Program-made: the position numbers and the translations under genes
The notes under the pieces: model-generated
What the model was told of the DNA's origin: nothing
Database searches by the model: none
The model's input: only the letters and a program-made list of their open reading frames with translations
IMG/VR virus record: IMGVR_UViG_3300020044_001685
Location: 1-27,881 of that record
Strand: one strand, 5' to 3'
Length of the DNA: 27,881 nucleotides
Source: a virus
Lineage: Duplodnaviria; Caudoviricetes
In this document: positions 1 to 8,459 of the stretch, piece by piece
Numbering within the stretch: the first letter of the stretch is position 1
How the letters are laid out: every line of letters starts with the position of its first letter

Positions 1-1
1 T

Positions 2-370
2 GCTGCGATATTTACAGCAAGCATTTCGACTACTAGCTTGACTGTGACGGCTACAACTCAAGGCACAATTGCTATTGGTCAGACGCTGTACACAACAGGT
101 TCTGGATTTACTGCAGGCACTACGATTACTGCAGGTAGCTCAAGCCCATACACGGTTAGTGCATCGCAGACAGTTTCTTCGTCCACGTTCTACTCTGTAT
201 CACCGGGTGCTTACATGGCTTATCAGATCAGCGTCCCACCTAATGCGACATTGATCGTAATTGATAAGACAACCTCACTGTATATCACTGAGAACCAAGG
301 CATCATGGTGGCTTCCGGTACAGCGAGTGCGTTGACCTTTGCAGCTACGTTTGAACAGATCACCTCGTAA
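2..370 (+). CDS. Virion structural / tail-fibre-associated protein, 5' truncated
   Basis: The frame is open from position 2 (AAIFTASISTTSLTV...), so the TTG start at 38 is probably not real. A Thr/Ser/Gly-rich beta-strand segment is followed by the C-terminal YQISVPPNATLIVIDKTTSLYITENQ...FEQI segment, typical of small phage structural proteins that precede fibre genes. Confidence 0.7.
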   Translation, partial: AAIFTASISTTSLTVTATTQGTIAIGQTLYTTGSGFTAGTTITAGSSSPYTVSASQTVSSSTFYSVSPGAYMAYQISVPPNATLIVIDKTTSLYITENQGIMVASGTASALTFAATFEQITS

Positions 371-378
371 GGGCTGAC

Positions 379-1227
379 ATGGGACTTCGTTATCCCGGTG
401 GTTATGTCACGGCGACATTTAATCCGCTTGCCTACACTACGGCTGCTGCTAATCTGCTAGTTGTTGCTGGCGGGGGCGGGGGTGCGGCTGGTGGCGGCGG
501 CGCGGGTGGTTTTAGACTTGTATCTTTTGGAATTGTAATAGGCACAACCTACAGTATTACTGTTGGCACTGGCGGTACGGGAGGTACTGGAGGCGCTTCT
601 AGCACTCCAGCTTCGACTGCGGGTGTTGATTCAATTTTTACTGGCGTTACGGCTACTGGAGGCGGTAGGGGCGCTAGTATAAATGCGTTTTTTGCGGCTA
701 GTTCGGGCGGGTCGGGTGGTGGTGCTGGCGGGACATCGAATGGAGATAACATTGGTGCGGTTGGTACAACAGGTCAAGGAAATAATGGCGGCGCAATAGG
801 TGGTCAAGCAGCATCTCCTTATCCTGCGGCTGGCGGTGGCGGTGCTGGTTCAGCAGGTCAAAACCCACCTAGCGCGTCTGTAGCAGGCTACGGAGGTTCA
901 GGCGCTCCAACCGTAATCACTGGCCCCCAAACGTATTTTGCAGGCGGTGGAGGCGGCGGGACTTATGCCGCAGGCACGGGGGGTGTCGGCGGTCAAGGCG
1001 GCGGTGGGGCTGGTAGCGGATCTGCTTCTGGCACAGCGGGTGTTGTAAACACAGGATCGGGCGGCGGGGGTTCTGCCAACGGTGGTACGGGCGGTGCGGG
1101 TGGCAGCGGCATAGTCATCGTAAGAAACGGTAGAGCTGCGGCTTCATTCACAGGTTCACCTACAATTACTAACGTCGGCAGTGACTTTGTATATACATTC
1201 ACTGGCAACGGATCAATAACATTCTGA
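379..1227 (+). CDS. Glycine-rich domain tail fibre / receptor-binding-type protein (282 aa)
   Basis: Contains LVVAGGGGG...GGGGAGG, many GGxGGxG runs, and ends GGSGIVIVR...YTFTGNGSITF. N-terminal YPGG motif. AAGGG lies upstream of the ATG. Confidence 0.8.
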   Translation: MGLRYPGGYVTATFNPLAYTTAAANLLVVAGGGGGAAGGGGAGGFRLVSFGIVIGTTYSITVGTGGTGGTGGASSTPASTAGVDSIFTGVTATGGGRGASINAFFAASSGGSGGGAGGTSNGDNIGAVGTTGQGNNGGAIGGQAASPYPAAGGGGAGSAGQNPPSASVAGYGGSGAPTVITGPQTYFAGGGGGGTYAAGTGGVGGQGGGGAGSGSASGTAGVVNTGSGGGGSANGGTGGAGGSGIVIVRNGRAAASFTGSPTITNVGSDFVYTFTGNGSITF

Positions 1228-1234
1228 GGTTGAT

Positions 1235-1657
1235 ATGGCGCACTTCGCAAAGCTTGATGATAATAACGTGGTGCTGGAAGTCAACGCACTCAACAACCAT
1301 GAGCTAGTCACTAGCAAGGACACAGTAGACGAGAATGGCAACGTGGTCGTATCTCTGGTTGAGTCTGAAGAGAAGGGTATTGCATTCTTAACTGCGTGGT
1401 CAGGCGGTCATACTAACTGGAAGCAGACAAGCTACAACGCTACATTCCGTGGCAAGTTGGCAGGTATTGGCGACACGTATGACCCAGTAACAAATATGTT
1501 CATATCGCCTGTAGTAGAAGCGCCAGCAGGTCTACCTACAATGAGTTTGAACTTACTAGAGACTCAGCAAGCACCAGCAATAACTTCACAGGAACCTGTA
1601 GGGCTGACATCAACTGCTATCCCTGCGTTAACTTCAGCACAGATAACGGGGCTATAA
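1235..1657 (+). CDS. Small fibre-associated protein (possible assembly chaperone), 140 aa
   Basis: MAHFAKLDDNNVV...WKQTSYNATFRGKLAGIGDTYDP is a pattern I recall following Gly-rich fibre genes in aquatic phages. GAGG RBS upstream. The function is inferred from position. Confidence 0.65.
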   Translation: MAHFAKLDDNNVVLEVNALNNHELVTSKDTVDENGNVVVSLVESEEKGIAFLTAWSGGHTNWKQTSYNATFRGKLAGIGDTYDPVTNMFISPVVEAPAGLPTMSLNLLETQQAPAITSQEPVGLTSTAIPALTSAQITGL

Positions 1658-1658
1658 C

Positions 1659-3677
1659 ATGCCACAGTACCAAGGTGTATGGACGCTAGAGCAACAAGCT
1701 CAGGCGCTGACTAACCAACAATGGGTAACTGACCCTAATTTCAAGAACACTACTCTGCTGTTACAGGCAGACGGTACAGGCAGCGGTTCGCAGAATCAGA
1801 CCTTCCTAGACGGTAGTACCAACAACTTTTTCATCACGAGAAACGGTAACACTACCCAAGGATCGTTTTCGCCATTTAGTCAGGCTCCGGGGTATTGGGG
1901 GAATTACACAAGCTCAGGAAACTATTTATCCGTAGCTAGTAATGCGGCTTTTGCTTACGGTACTGGCGCAATAACTATTGAATTTTGGGAATGGTCAACA
2001 ACAACACCTACTTCTGCGGTTGAAGTTTGGGTATCAAACGGTTCCAATAACTTAAACATTCAACGTAGCAGTGGTGGTTTTTACAATGTATATGATGGAA
2101 CAGATAGAGTTTCTACAACTACTGTTTTATCAAACCAATGGAACCATGTTGCTTTTGTTCGTCAAAGTGGTGGGCAAACAAACCTGTATGTAAATGGCGT
2201 GAGTGTTCTAAGTTGGACTTCATCGGTTAACTACGGAAACGATACGTTTGTAATTGCTGGTTCTGGGTCTTTCCCGTTTCCGGGGTATATATCCAACATA
2301 CGTGTTCTTAAAGGAACGTCTTTATACACGGCAGCATTTACGCCACCAACGTCACCATTAACCGCTATTACTAATACATCACTGCTTACCTGCCAATCAA
2401 ACAGGTTTGTAGATAACTCTGCTTCGCCATTAACACTAACTATTACAGGTTCCCCATCCGTCCAAGCCTTCGGCCCTTTTGCTCCTGCGCTGCAATGGAC
2501 ACCAGACGTAGTAGGCGGGTCTGGGTATTACGACGGAAGTGGTGATTACTTAACGTATGCACCCGGAGCTGGAGTTGCATTTGGCACTGGTGATTTTACT
2601 GTTGAGTTTTGGATATACCCGCTTACATCAATTAGCCAAGTATATTTAATGGATGCTAGGAATTCAGGGCAAACATCTAGTTGGGCAATAGGTTTTAACT
2701 TGAATAATACTGGTGCTGGTCAATTTACATTTTTTAATGGTGTTGCTGGCGCTGCGTATAACGAATCATCGCAATCATGTGTTTTAAACCAATGGAATCA
2801 TTGCGTTGTTGTAAGGTCTGGCACAACATTTTCAATGTTCACAAACGGCACAAGAGTTTTTACCACAACCAACTCAACCAATTTTAGTTCTTCGCAAACA
2901 CTGTCCTATATAGCTAGGGGTCAAGGAACTGGTTCAGAATTTTATTACACAGGCTATATGGTTAGTAATCGTATAGTTAAAGGTACGGCAGTTTATTCGC
3001 CGTCTGCTACAACATTAACAGTACCTACTATCCCATTAACTGCAATTACGAATACTCAGCTTCTTCTTGGTTGTACCAACGCCGGTATATATGACGGCAA
3101 GATGGCGAACAATCTGGAGACAGTAGGCAACGCACAAGTAGCTACAAGCCCTGTGAAGTACGGTAGTGGGAGTATGTACTTTAATGGAAGTAGTGCGATT
3201 ACAGCCAGACTTTCAGATTTTTTTAGTTTTGGCACTGGCGATTTTACTATTGAAGCTTGGATATACATAACAACTACTGGTACTGGAACAATAATTGATG
3301 CAAGGTCTGCTGATGTAATAAATGCTTATATATTTAATGCAACATCTGCAAATAAATTACAGTTTATATATGGATCAAGTTTAAGTATTGTATCTACAAC
3401 TGTGCTGTCTAATAATATATGGACGCATGTTGCTGTTTGTCGCGCAAATGGTGTAATTAGAATTTTTGTAAATGGCGTCGTTGACGCAACTACTGCAACT
3501 TATACTTCAGCTATTAATGCGGCAAGCTTTGCTGCTATTGGTGGTGGTAGGTCTAGTGGTTCTGATGCTGTTACAGGCTATTATTTTAACGGCTATATAG
3601 ATGATTTCCGTATATCCAAAGTAGCACGTTACATAGCAAACTTCACGCCTCCACAACAGGCACTGCCGAGACAATAA
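1659..3677 (+). CDS. LamG / concanavalin A-like lectin domain virion protein, 3 domains (672 aa)
   Basis: Three repeats of (F/I)T(I/V)E(F/A)W...W(N/T)H(V/C)(A/V)xxR...(Y/F)xNG...GY(I/M)xxxR(V/I)xK...Y, separated by TLLL/TxLL linkers. Confidence 0.88.
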   Translation: MPQYQGVWTLEQQAQALTNQQWVTDPNFKNTTLLLQADGTGSGSQNQTFLDGSTNNFFITRNGNTTQGSFSPFSQAPGYWGNYTSSGNYLSVASNAAFAYGTGAITIEFWEWSTTTPTSAVEVWVSNGSNNLNIQRSSGGFYNVYDGTDRVSTTTVLSNQWNHVAFVRQSGGQTNLYVNGVSVLSWTSSVNYGNDTFVIAGSGSFPFPGYISNIRVLKGTSLYTAAFTPPTSPLTAITNTSLLTCQSNRFVDNSASPLTLTITGSPSVQAFGPFAPALQWTPDVVGGSGYYDGSGDYLTYAPGAGVAFGTGDFTVEFWIYPLTSISQVYLMDARNSGQTSSWAIGFNLNNTGAGQFTFFNGVAGAAYNESSQSCVLNQWNHCVVVRSGTTFSMFTNGTRVFTTTNSTNFSSSQTLSYIARGQGTGSEFYYTGYMVSNRIVKGTAVYSPSATTLTVPTIPLTAITNTQLLLGCTNAGIYDGKMANNLETVGNAQVATSPVKYGSGSMYFNGSSAITARLSDFFSFGTGDFTIEAWIYITTTGTGTIIDARSADVINAYIFNATSANKLQFIYGSSLSIVSTTVLSNNIWTHVAVCRANGVIRIFVNGVVDATTATYTSAINAASFAAIGGGRSSGSDAVTGYYFNGYIDDFRISKVARYIANFTPPQQALPRQ

Positions 3678-3687
3678 GGAATAGAAG

Positions 3688-6600
3688 ATGAGCGACAAAT
3701 ATCCCGGTGGGTTTGTAACGACAGGTGCGCCAGCAGGGTACTCTGTTGTGTTTGATGGTACGGGCGATTATTTAACTGCGGCATCTAGTTCAAATCTTAC
3801 GATTGGTACAGGTGACTTTACTATCGAGGCTTGGATATACCCAATAAGTTGGGCTGGCAATTCAACTATAGTTGCTGGAAATGGATCAATTAATTCCCCC
3901 CTGTTTGCTCAAGTTACTTCAACTGCTTTAGGTTTTGCAGTTGAAGGTGTTGGTTGGCTTATTACTGACGGAGCCTTACCTACTCTAAACACATGGTCAC
4001 ATGTAGCCGTAACTCGTTCTGGCACTACCGTAAAAATTTTTATTAATGGTGTGCAGTCTGGATCAACAGTTACCAGTAGCGCAAATTTCTCAAACCCTAT
4101 TAGAACTATTGGAACAAAAAACGGATCAATTGATTTTTTTGTAGGGTATATATCAAATGTTCGTGTTCTTAAAGGTACGGCGTTGTATACGACCACGTTC
4201 ACGCCTCCTACGCAAATGTTTCCAGTTACAAACACGCAATTGTTAACATGCCAAAGCCCTACTATTATCGACAACAGCACTAATGCACTTGCAATCACTG
4301 TTGCAGGCGACGCTAAGGTCAGCAATTTCACACCGTTTGCTGGATACACAGGATTTAACCCTGCGCTTGGTGCTGCGGCTGGTGGTGTATGGACGTTAGA
4401 CGAAGCTGCATATTACCAAGGTACACGTAAGTGGCCTATCTACGACCCGTACTTCAATCAGACCACGCTGATGCTGCATGGTAACTATAGAGGAACAGTA
4501 GATAGCACAGGCACTCCTGTGTACCAAAACAATACGTTCTTAGATAGCTCGGTTAACAACTTCACCATCACCAGAAATGGCAATACGACCCAAGGCACGT
4601 TCACGCCTTTCTCGCAGACGGGGTGGAGTATGTACCTCCCCGGTGCTAACTCTAGCTATGTTCAAACACCTTCTAGCACTACCACAGCGTTGTTAGGTGG
4701 GTCGTTAACTTCTTTAGGTTCATTGTCATTTACTATTGAATGCTTTATTAATACACCCGGAAATATATTCCTTGTCGGTGCTTGCGACCCCGGTGGCGGC
4801 ACTGCGGACATGATATTAAGTATTGGCTCGGACGGTACTTTATCGTTTGGCGCTACTTTTAGTGGGTATACCACTCGAACTAGTACAGGTGCAGCTCCGC
4901 TTAATACGTGGTGTCATGTAGCGTGGGTAGTTACTGGTAGTTATGTGTATTTCTATGTTAATGGCGCACCAGCGGGTTCTGCTACGGTAGGAAACACTGC
5001 CGCATCGTATGGGCAATTAATTTTTGGCGGCTACAATAACAGTTTTACATCTAAACAATATATATCTAATTTCCGTATAACTAAGTCAGCTATTTATACA
5101 GGCGCATTTACGCCGCCAACAACTAACTTAACAGCGACAACAAATACAACTTTATTGGCATTCCAAGGTAATAATTTTGCAGACAACAGCGCAAATAACT
5201 ACACGCTTATTAGAAATGGTACGCCATCCATCCAAGCCTTCAGCCCGTTCGTTCCTGCGTACATCACGCCGACGACGTATAGCAATTGGTTTGATGGCAC
5301 TGGGGATTATTTAAGTTCTTCTTCGGCTAACTACACGGCTACAGGAGACTTTACTGTTGAAGCTTGGTTCTACACCTATAGCAACCCTAGCTTTGGCGGG
5401 ATTATTAGCACCCGAAATTCTACTGGAACTAACGGGTTTAATATAAATCTTGATAGCTCACAAAAGATACGATTCTTCATTAACAATAATGATTTTCCTG
5501 CCGGTTATGTTTCGTATAATTTAAATCAGTGGTATCACGTTGCTTTGGTTCGTTCTGGTTCTGGATCAAACAATGTAACTGCTTATGTAAACGGTATATC
5601 CGTAGGTTCCGTAACAAATACGGCAAGTACAGTAACAAGCGATTTAGTTCTTGGTAGGTTTTATACAGAATTAGATAACTACTATTTAAATGGTGTAATA
5701 AGTAATGCGCGGTTTGTAAATGGCACAGCTCTTTATACAGCTAACTTTACACCGCCGAATGCTCCATTCCCAACTGGAACAACCAACCAACAACTACTGA
5801 CATGCCAAGCCAGTACGATGATTGACTCCAATACGTACACTACGGCTAAAACAATCACGGCTAACGGCAACGTCAGACCTGTAGCATCCCCTACCCCATT
5901 CCCAGCAAAGGTAGATACGACTACATTGAACTCCGCCTACAGCACATCATTGATAGGTGGTAGTGCGTACTTTGATGGTAGTGGGGATAGCTTGTCGTTA
6001 AGCAGCACATCGTTAAATCTTGGTTCAAGCGACTTCACAATTGAAACGTGGGTTTACGCTACGACTACTGAACGCGATTGCATAATTGGGTCAATTTCTG
6101 ATTCAGCGGGTCTTAGTGCATGGATGTTAATGATTAACGAATCAGGAAGCCCGTATAGATTTTATTGCCGATACAACGGTGGAACAGTTTTAAATTACCT
6201 TGTAGGTTCTGGTAACTTCCCTGTAAATCAATGGACGCATTTTGCTGTAACACGCAATGGTGCAAACCTTCGCATTTTTAGCAACGGAGTCCAAGTAGGA
6301 ACAACTAATACGTCGTTAAGTACGTTTGCGATTGATAACGCAAGCACAAATTATTATTTTGGCAGAACAACCGATGACACAGCTAACTTTACTGGTTACT
6401 TGTCAGGTACTAGAATTTTAGTTGGGACGGCTCTTTATACGCAAAACTTTGCGCCGCCGTTAACGCCACCTACAGCAATAACTAATACAAGACTTTTAAC
6501 TAACTTTACCAACGCTGGCATCTTCGACAACACGGCTAAGAACGTATTGGAGACTGTAAGTACAGCGCAGATCAGCACTGCACAGAGTAAGTATGGTGGT

Positions 6601-7101
6601 AGCTCTATGTTTTTTAATGGAAGCGGAAACGCATTAAAAGCTCCGTATATTCCTAGTATGGATTTTGGAACTGGAGATTTCACTATTGAGTGCTGGGTGT
6701 ACACAACAAACACAAGCCCCGGATATAGCCAAACAGTATTAGCTAGACATGGGTCAACTGGTGGAACTATTTGGATAATTCAGATTTTAAATGGCGGTAC
6801 TTCTAGAATTGTTTTGAGTGGTAGCGTTGTTTGTGCAGGAACTACAGTAGCGGCAAATACATGGACTCATATTGCATTTACGCGTTCAGGGACATCATTA
6901 AGGGCATTTAATAATGGTGTATTGTTCCAAACAGTTACTGATTCAACTAGTTTGTCTGGAACACAGATTTTATCTGTTGGAGCGCAATCTGATGTTGCTG
7001 AGTCGTTTATTGGCTATATAGATGATGTTCGTATTACTAAAGGCGTAGCGCGTTACACCACAAACTTCACACCACCAACATCACAACTACAGGATCAGTA
7101 A
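3688..7101 (+). CDS. LamG / concanavalin A-like lectin domain virion protein, 5 domains (1137 aa)
   Basis: Five LamG-like repeats (TIEAW, TIECF, TVEAW, TIETW, TIECW), each with WxH(V/F/I)A and NG motifs. Paralogous to 1659..3677. AAGGA RBS. Confidence 0.88.
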   Translation: MSDKYPGGFVTTGAPAGYSVVFDGTGDYLTAASSSNLTIGTGDFTIEAWIYPISWAGNSTIVAGNGSINSPLFAQVTSTALGFAVEGVGWLITDGALPTLNTWSHVAVTRSGTTVKIFINGVQSGSTVTSSANFSNPIRTIGTKNGSIDFFVGYISNVRVLKGTALYTTTFTPPTQMFPVTNTQLLTCQSPTIIDNSTNALAITVAGDAKVSNFTPFAGYTGFNPALGAAAGGVWTLDEAAYYQGTRKWPIYDPYFNQTTLMLHGNYRGTVDSTGTPVYQNNTFLDSSVNNFTITRNGNTTQGTFTPFSQTGWSMYLPGANSSYVQTPSSTTTALLGGSLTSLGSLSFTIECFINTPGNIFLVGACDPGGGTADMILSIGSDGTLSFGATFSGYTTRTSTGAAPLNTWCHVAWVVTGSYVYFYVNGAPAGSATVGNTAASYGQLIFGGYNNSFTSKQYISNFRITKSAIYTGAFTPPTTNLTATTNTTLLAFQGNNFADNSANNYTLIRNGTPSIQAFSPFVPAYITPTTYSNWFDGTGDYLSSSSANYTATGDFTVEAWFYTYSNPSFGGIISTRNSTGTNGFNINLDSSQKIRFFINNNDFPAGYVSYNLNQWYHVALVRSGSGSNNVTAYVNGISVGSVTNTASTVTSDLVLGRFYTELDNYYLNGVISNARFVNGTALYTANFTPPNAPFPTGTTNQQLLTCQASTMIDSNTYTTAKTITANGNVRPVASPTPFPAKVDTTTLNSAYSTSLIGGSAYFDGSGDSLSLSSTSLNLGSSDFTIETWVYATTTERDCIIGSISDSAGLSAWMLMINESGSPYRFYCRYNGGTVLNYLVGSGNFPVNQWTHFAVTRNGANLRIFSNGVQVGTTNTSLSTFAIDNASTNYYFGRTTDDTANFTGYLSGTRILVGTALYTQNFAPPLTPPTAITNTRLLTNFTNAGIFDNTAKNVLETVSTAQISTAQSKYGGSSMFFNGSGNALKAPYIPSMDFGTGDFTIECWVYTTNTSPGYSQTVLARHGSTGGTIWIIQILNGGTSRIVLSGSVVCAGTTVAANTWTHIAFTRSGTSLRAFNNGVLFQTVTDSTSLSGTQILSVGAQSDVAESFIGYIDDVRITKGVARYTTNFTPPTSQLQDQ

Positions 7102-7268
7102 TGAACATAACTTTAAACTTCACTATTGATGAAGTAAACGCTCTGTTAACAGCTTTAGGGCAGCTTCCTTACGTTCAGGCTGCGCCGTTGATTCAGGCTA
7201 TCCATAATCAAGCTATACCGCAGGTTCCTGCTGCTAATACTGAAGAGCCAGAGGTCGCAAATGGCTGA
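7101..7268 (+). CDS. Small hypothetical protein, 55 aa (MNITLNFTIDEVNALLTALGQLPYVQAAPLIQAIHNQAIPQVPAANTEEPEVANG); missing from the ORF track
   Basis: Translated by hand. The ATG overlaps the upstream stop (TAATG at 7099-7103) and the stop overlaps the next start, filling the gap exactly. Confidence 0.85.
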   Translation: MNITLNFTIDEVNALLTALGQLPYVQAAPLIQAIHNQAIPQVPAANTEEPEVANG

Positions 7269-7458
7269 GGATACAGAAATAAAGTTAGCTGTTCATGAGG
7301 CTGTTTGCGCTGAGCGTTATCAGGGCATTCAAACCAGATTTGATGAAGGCTCTAGTCGTATGCATAGGATTGAATATCTTTTGTATGGCGTAATAATTCT
7401 TGTTTTACTAGGCCCCGGTGTAGCCGCTGAGTTTTTTAAAAAACTTATAGGATTATAA
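7261..7458 (+). CDS. Small coiled-coil plus C-terminal TM protein (XhlA-like topology; possible lysis accessory)
   Basis: HEAVCAERY...RMHRIE amphipathic helix followed by hydrophobic YLLYGVIILVLLGPGVAA. GAGG RBS. Lies upstream of the holin and endolysin. Confidence 0.7.
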   Translation: MAEDTEIKLAVHEAVCAERYQGIQTRFDEGSSRMHRIEYLLYGVIILVLLGPGVAAEFFKKLIGL

Positions 7459-7459
7459 A

Positions 7460-8071
7460 ATTGACCCACTCACTATTCTTGCAGTTGCAAAAACGGCTGC
7501 TGCCGCTGTTCGGCAGGGTTGTGCTATGTATCAGGAATATAAAGCTCAAGGTATGGAGCTGGTGGACGCATACGATCAAGCCAAAGATGTGGTTACTGAC
7601 ATTAGCAGCCATTTGGGAAACTTTTTTAAAGCGCATGAGCAGCTTGAAAAGCATGTTCACGAAGAAGAGTTAAAAGCAAAGAAGGTTCGTGATCCTGAGC
7701 TGTCTGTAAATCAGGAAGCATTTAATAGGGTAATGGCAGTAAAAGAGATGCAGAGGTTGGAAACTGAGTTGCGTGAAACCCTCGTGTATTCGGCACCTAA
7801 AGAGCTTGGCGCAATTTGGTCAGAGTTTGAAGCAATGCGGGACAGGATTAAAGCAGAAAGAGCAGAGGTTCAGCGTCAAGAACTACATAAGCAACAGGTG
7901 GCTCAATGGCGACGGGCAAATATAAAAAGAAAAATCGCGGAGCAAATGACGTTAATTCTAGCGGTCGCGTTCATAATATTGTGGTTCCTATGGGTAATGA
8001 TACTGATAAGGACGAGCCACACATATCATGGACAGTTTTCTTTGCCGTCCTTGTGGTGTGTGTTGTGCTAG
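7460..8071 (+). CDS. Coiled-coil protein with C-terminal TM segment; probable ATT start (203 aa), alternative ATG start at 7526
   Basis: The frame is open from the TAG at 7448-7450. ATT at 7460 lies 7 nt after AGGA and gives (M)DPLTILAVAKTAAAAVRQGC... A long charged helix precedes the TM segment LILAVAFIILWFLWVMILI. Confidence 0.75.
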   Translation: MDPLTILAVAKTAAAAVRQGCAMYQEYKAQGMELVDAYDQAKDVVTDISSHLGNFFKAHEQLEKHVHEEELKAKKVRDPELSVNQEAFNRVMAVKEMQRLETELRETLVYSAPKELGAIWSEFEAMRDRIKAERAEVQRQELHKQQVAQWRRANIKRKIAEQMTLILAVAFIILWFLWVMILIRTSHTYHGQFSLPSLWCVLC

Positions 8072-8202
8072 TGATTGTCCTCCCAGCACTTGGGTTTATG
8101 TATATGGACATGAACAACGCAACTATTAGGGCGATGGAAGAAACAAAGAAAATGCGTGAATTACGCGCCAAGATAATGATGGAAATACAGGGGGAACAAT
8201 GA
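7906..8202 (+). CDS. Single-pass membrane protein overlapping the upstream gene by 166 nt (98 aa)
   Basis: ATG with upstream AGGTGG. TM segment ISWTVFFAVLVVCVVLVIVLPALGFMYM is followed by a charged helix. The stop overlaps the next start (ATGA). Confidence 0.7.
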   Translation: MATGKYKKKNRGANDVNSSGRVHNIVVPMGNDTDKDEPHISWTVFFAVLVVCVVLVIVLPALGFMYMDMNNATIRAMEETKKMRELRAKIMMEIQGEQ

Positions 8203-8459
8203 GCATGCAAGATATTTTAAAAGCCGTGTTGCCTATCCTTGTTGCTGCTATTGGATGGTTACTATCTGAAGTTGGCTCGTTTAATACACGGCTAACTAAG
8301 ATTGAAGGCGCTATGCCAGCTTTGATTACTGAGCAAGGCGTACCAACAGACAGCCCTATTTCAGCCGAACGTCGCCATGTAATGAAAGAAGAGCTATACA
8401 AAGAAATCCATGACTTGCAAGTACGGGTCAAACTGATGGAAGAAAGAGGTAAACACTAA
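8199..8459 (+). CDS. Small N-terminal TM plus coiled-coil protein (86 aa)
   Basis: Hydrophobic ILKAVLPILVAAIGWLL followed by heptad-like helices. Coupled by ATGA and TAATG overlaps on both sides. GGGGG RBS-like site. Confidence 0.75.
   Translation: MSMQDILKAVLPILVAAIGWLLSEVGSFNTRLTKIEGAMPALITEQGVPTDSPISAERRHVMKEELYKEIHDLQVRVKLMEERGKH

Noticed and set aside
69-6713. Alternative-frame and antisense ORFs over the fibre/lectin genes (69..254, 549..752, 993..1250, 3056..3268, 3507..3698, 3909..4349, 4662..4874, 6435..6713)
   Set aside because: They are shadows of Gly/Thr-rich coding sequence (poly-Pro translations from GGN codons), with no RBS or recognisable motifs.
1659-7101. Diversity-generating retroelement or invertase shufflon acting on the lectin genes
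   Set aside because: I saw no reverse transcriptase or recombinase, no near-identical template/variable repeat pair with adenine-specific mismatches, and no inverted cassettes in the window.
7461-7673. TTG-started 70-aa ORF from the track
   Set aside because: It overlaps the better-supported frame (7460/7526..8071), and the adjacent ATT in that frame gives a more protein-like N-terminus. It cannot be wholly excluded.
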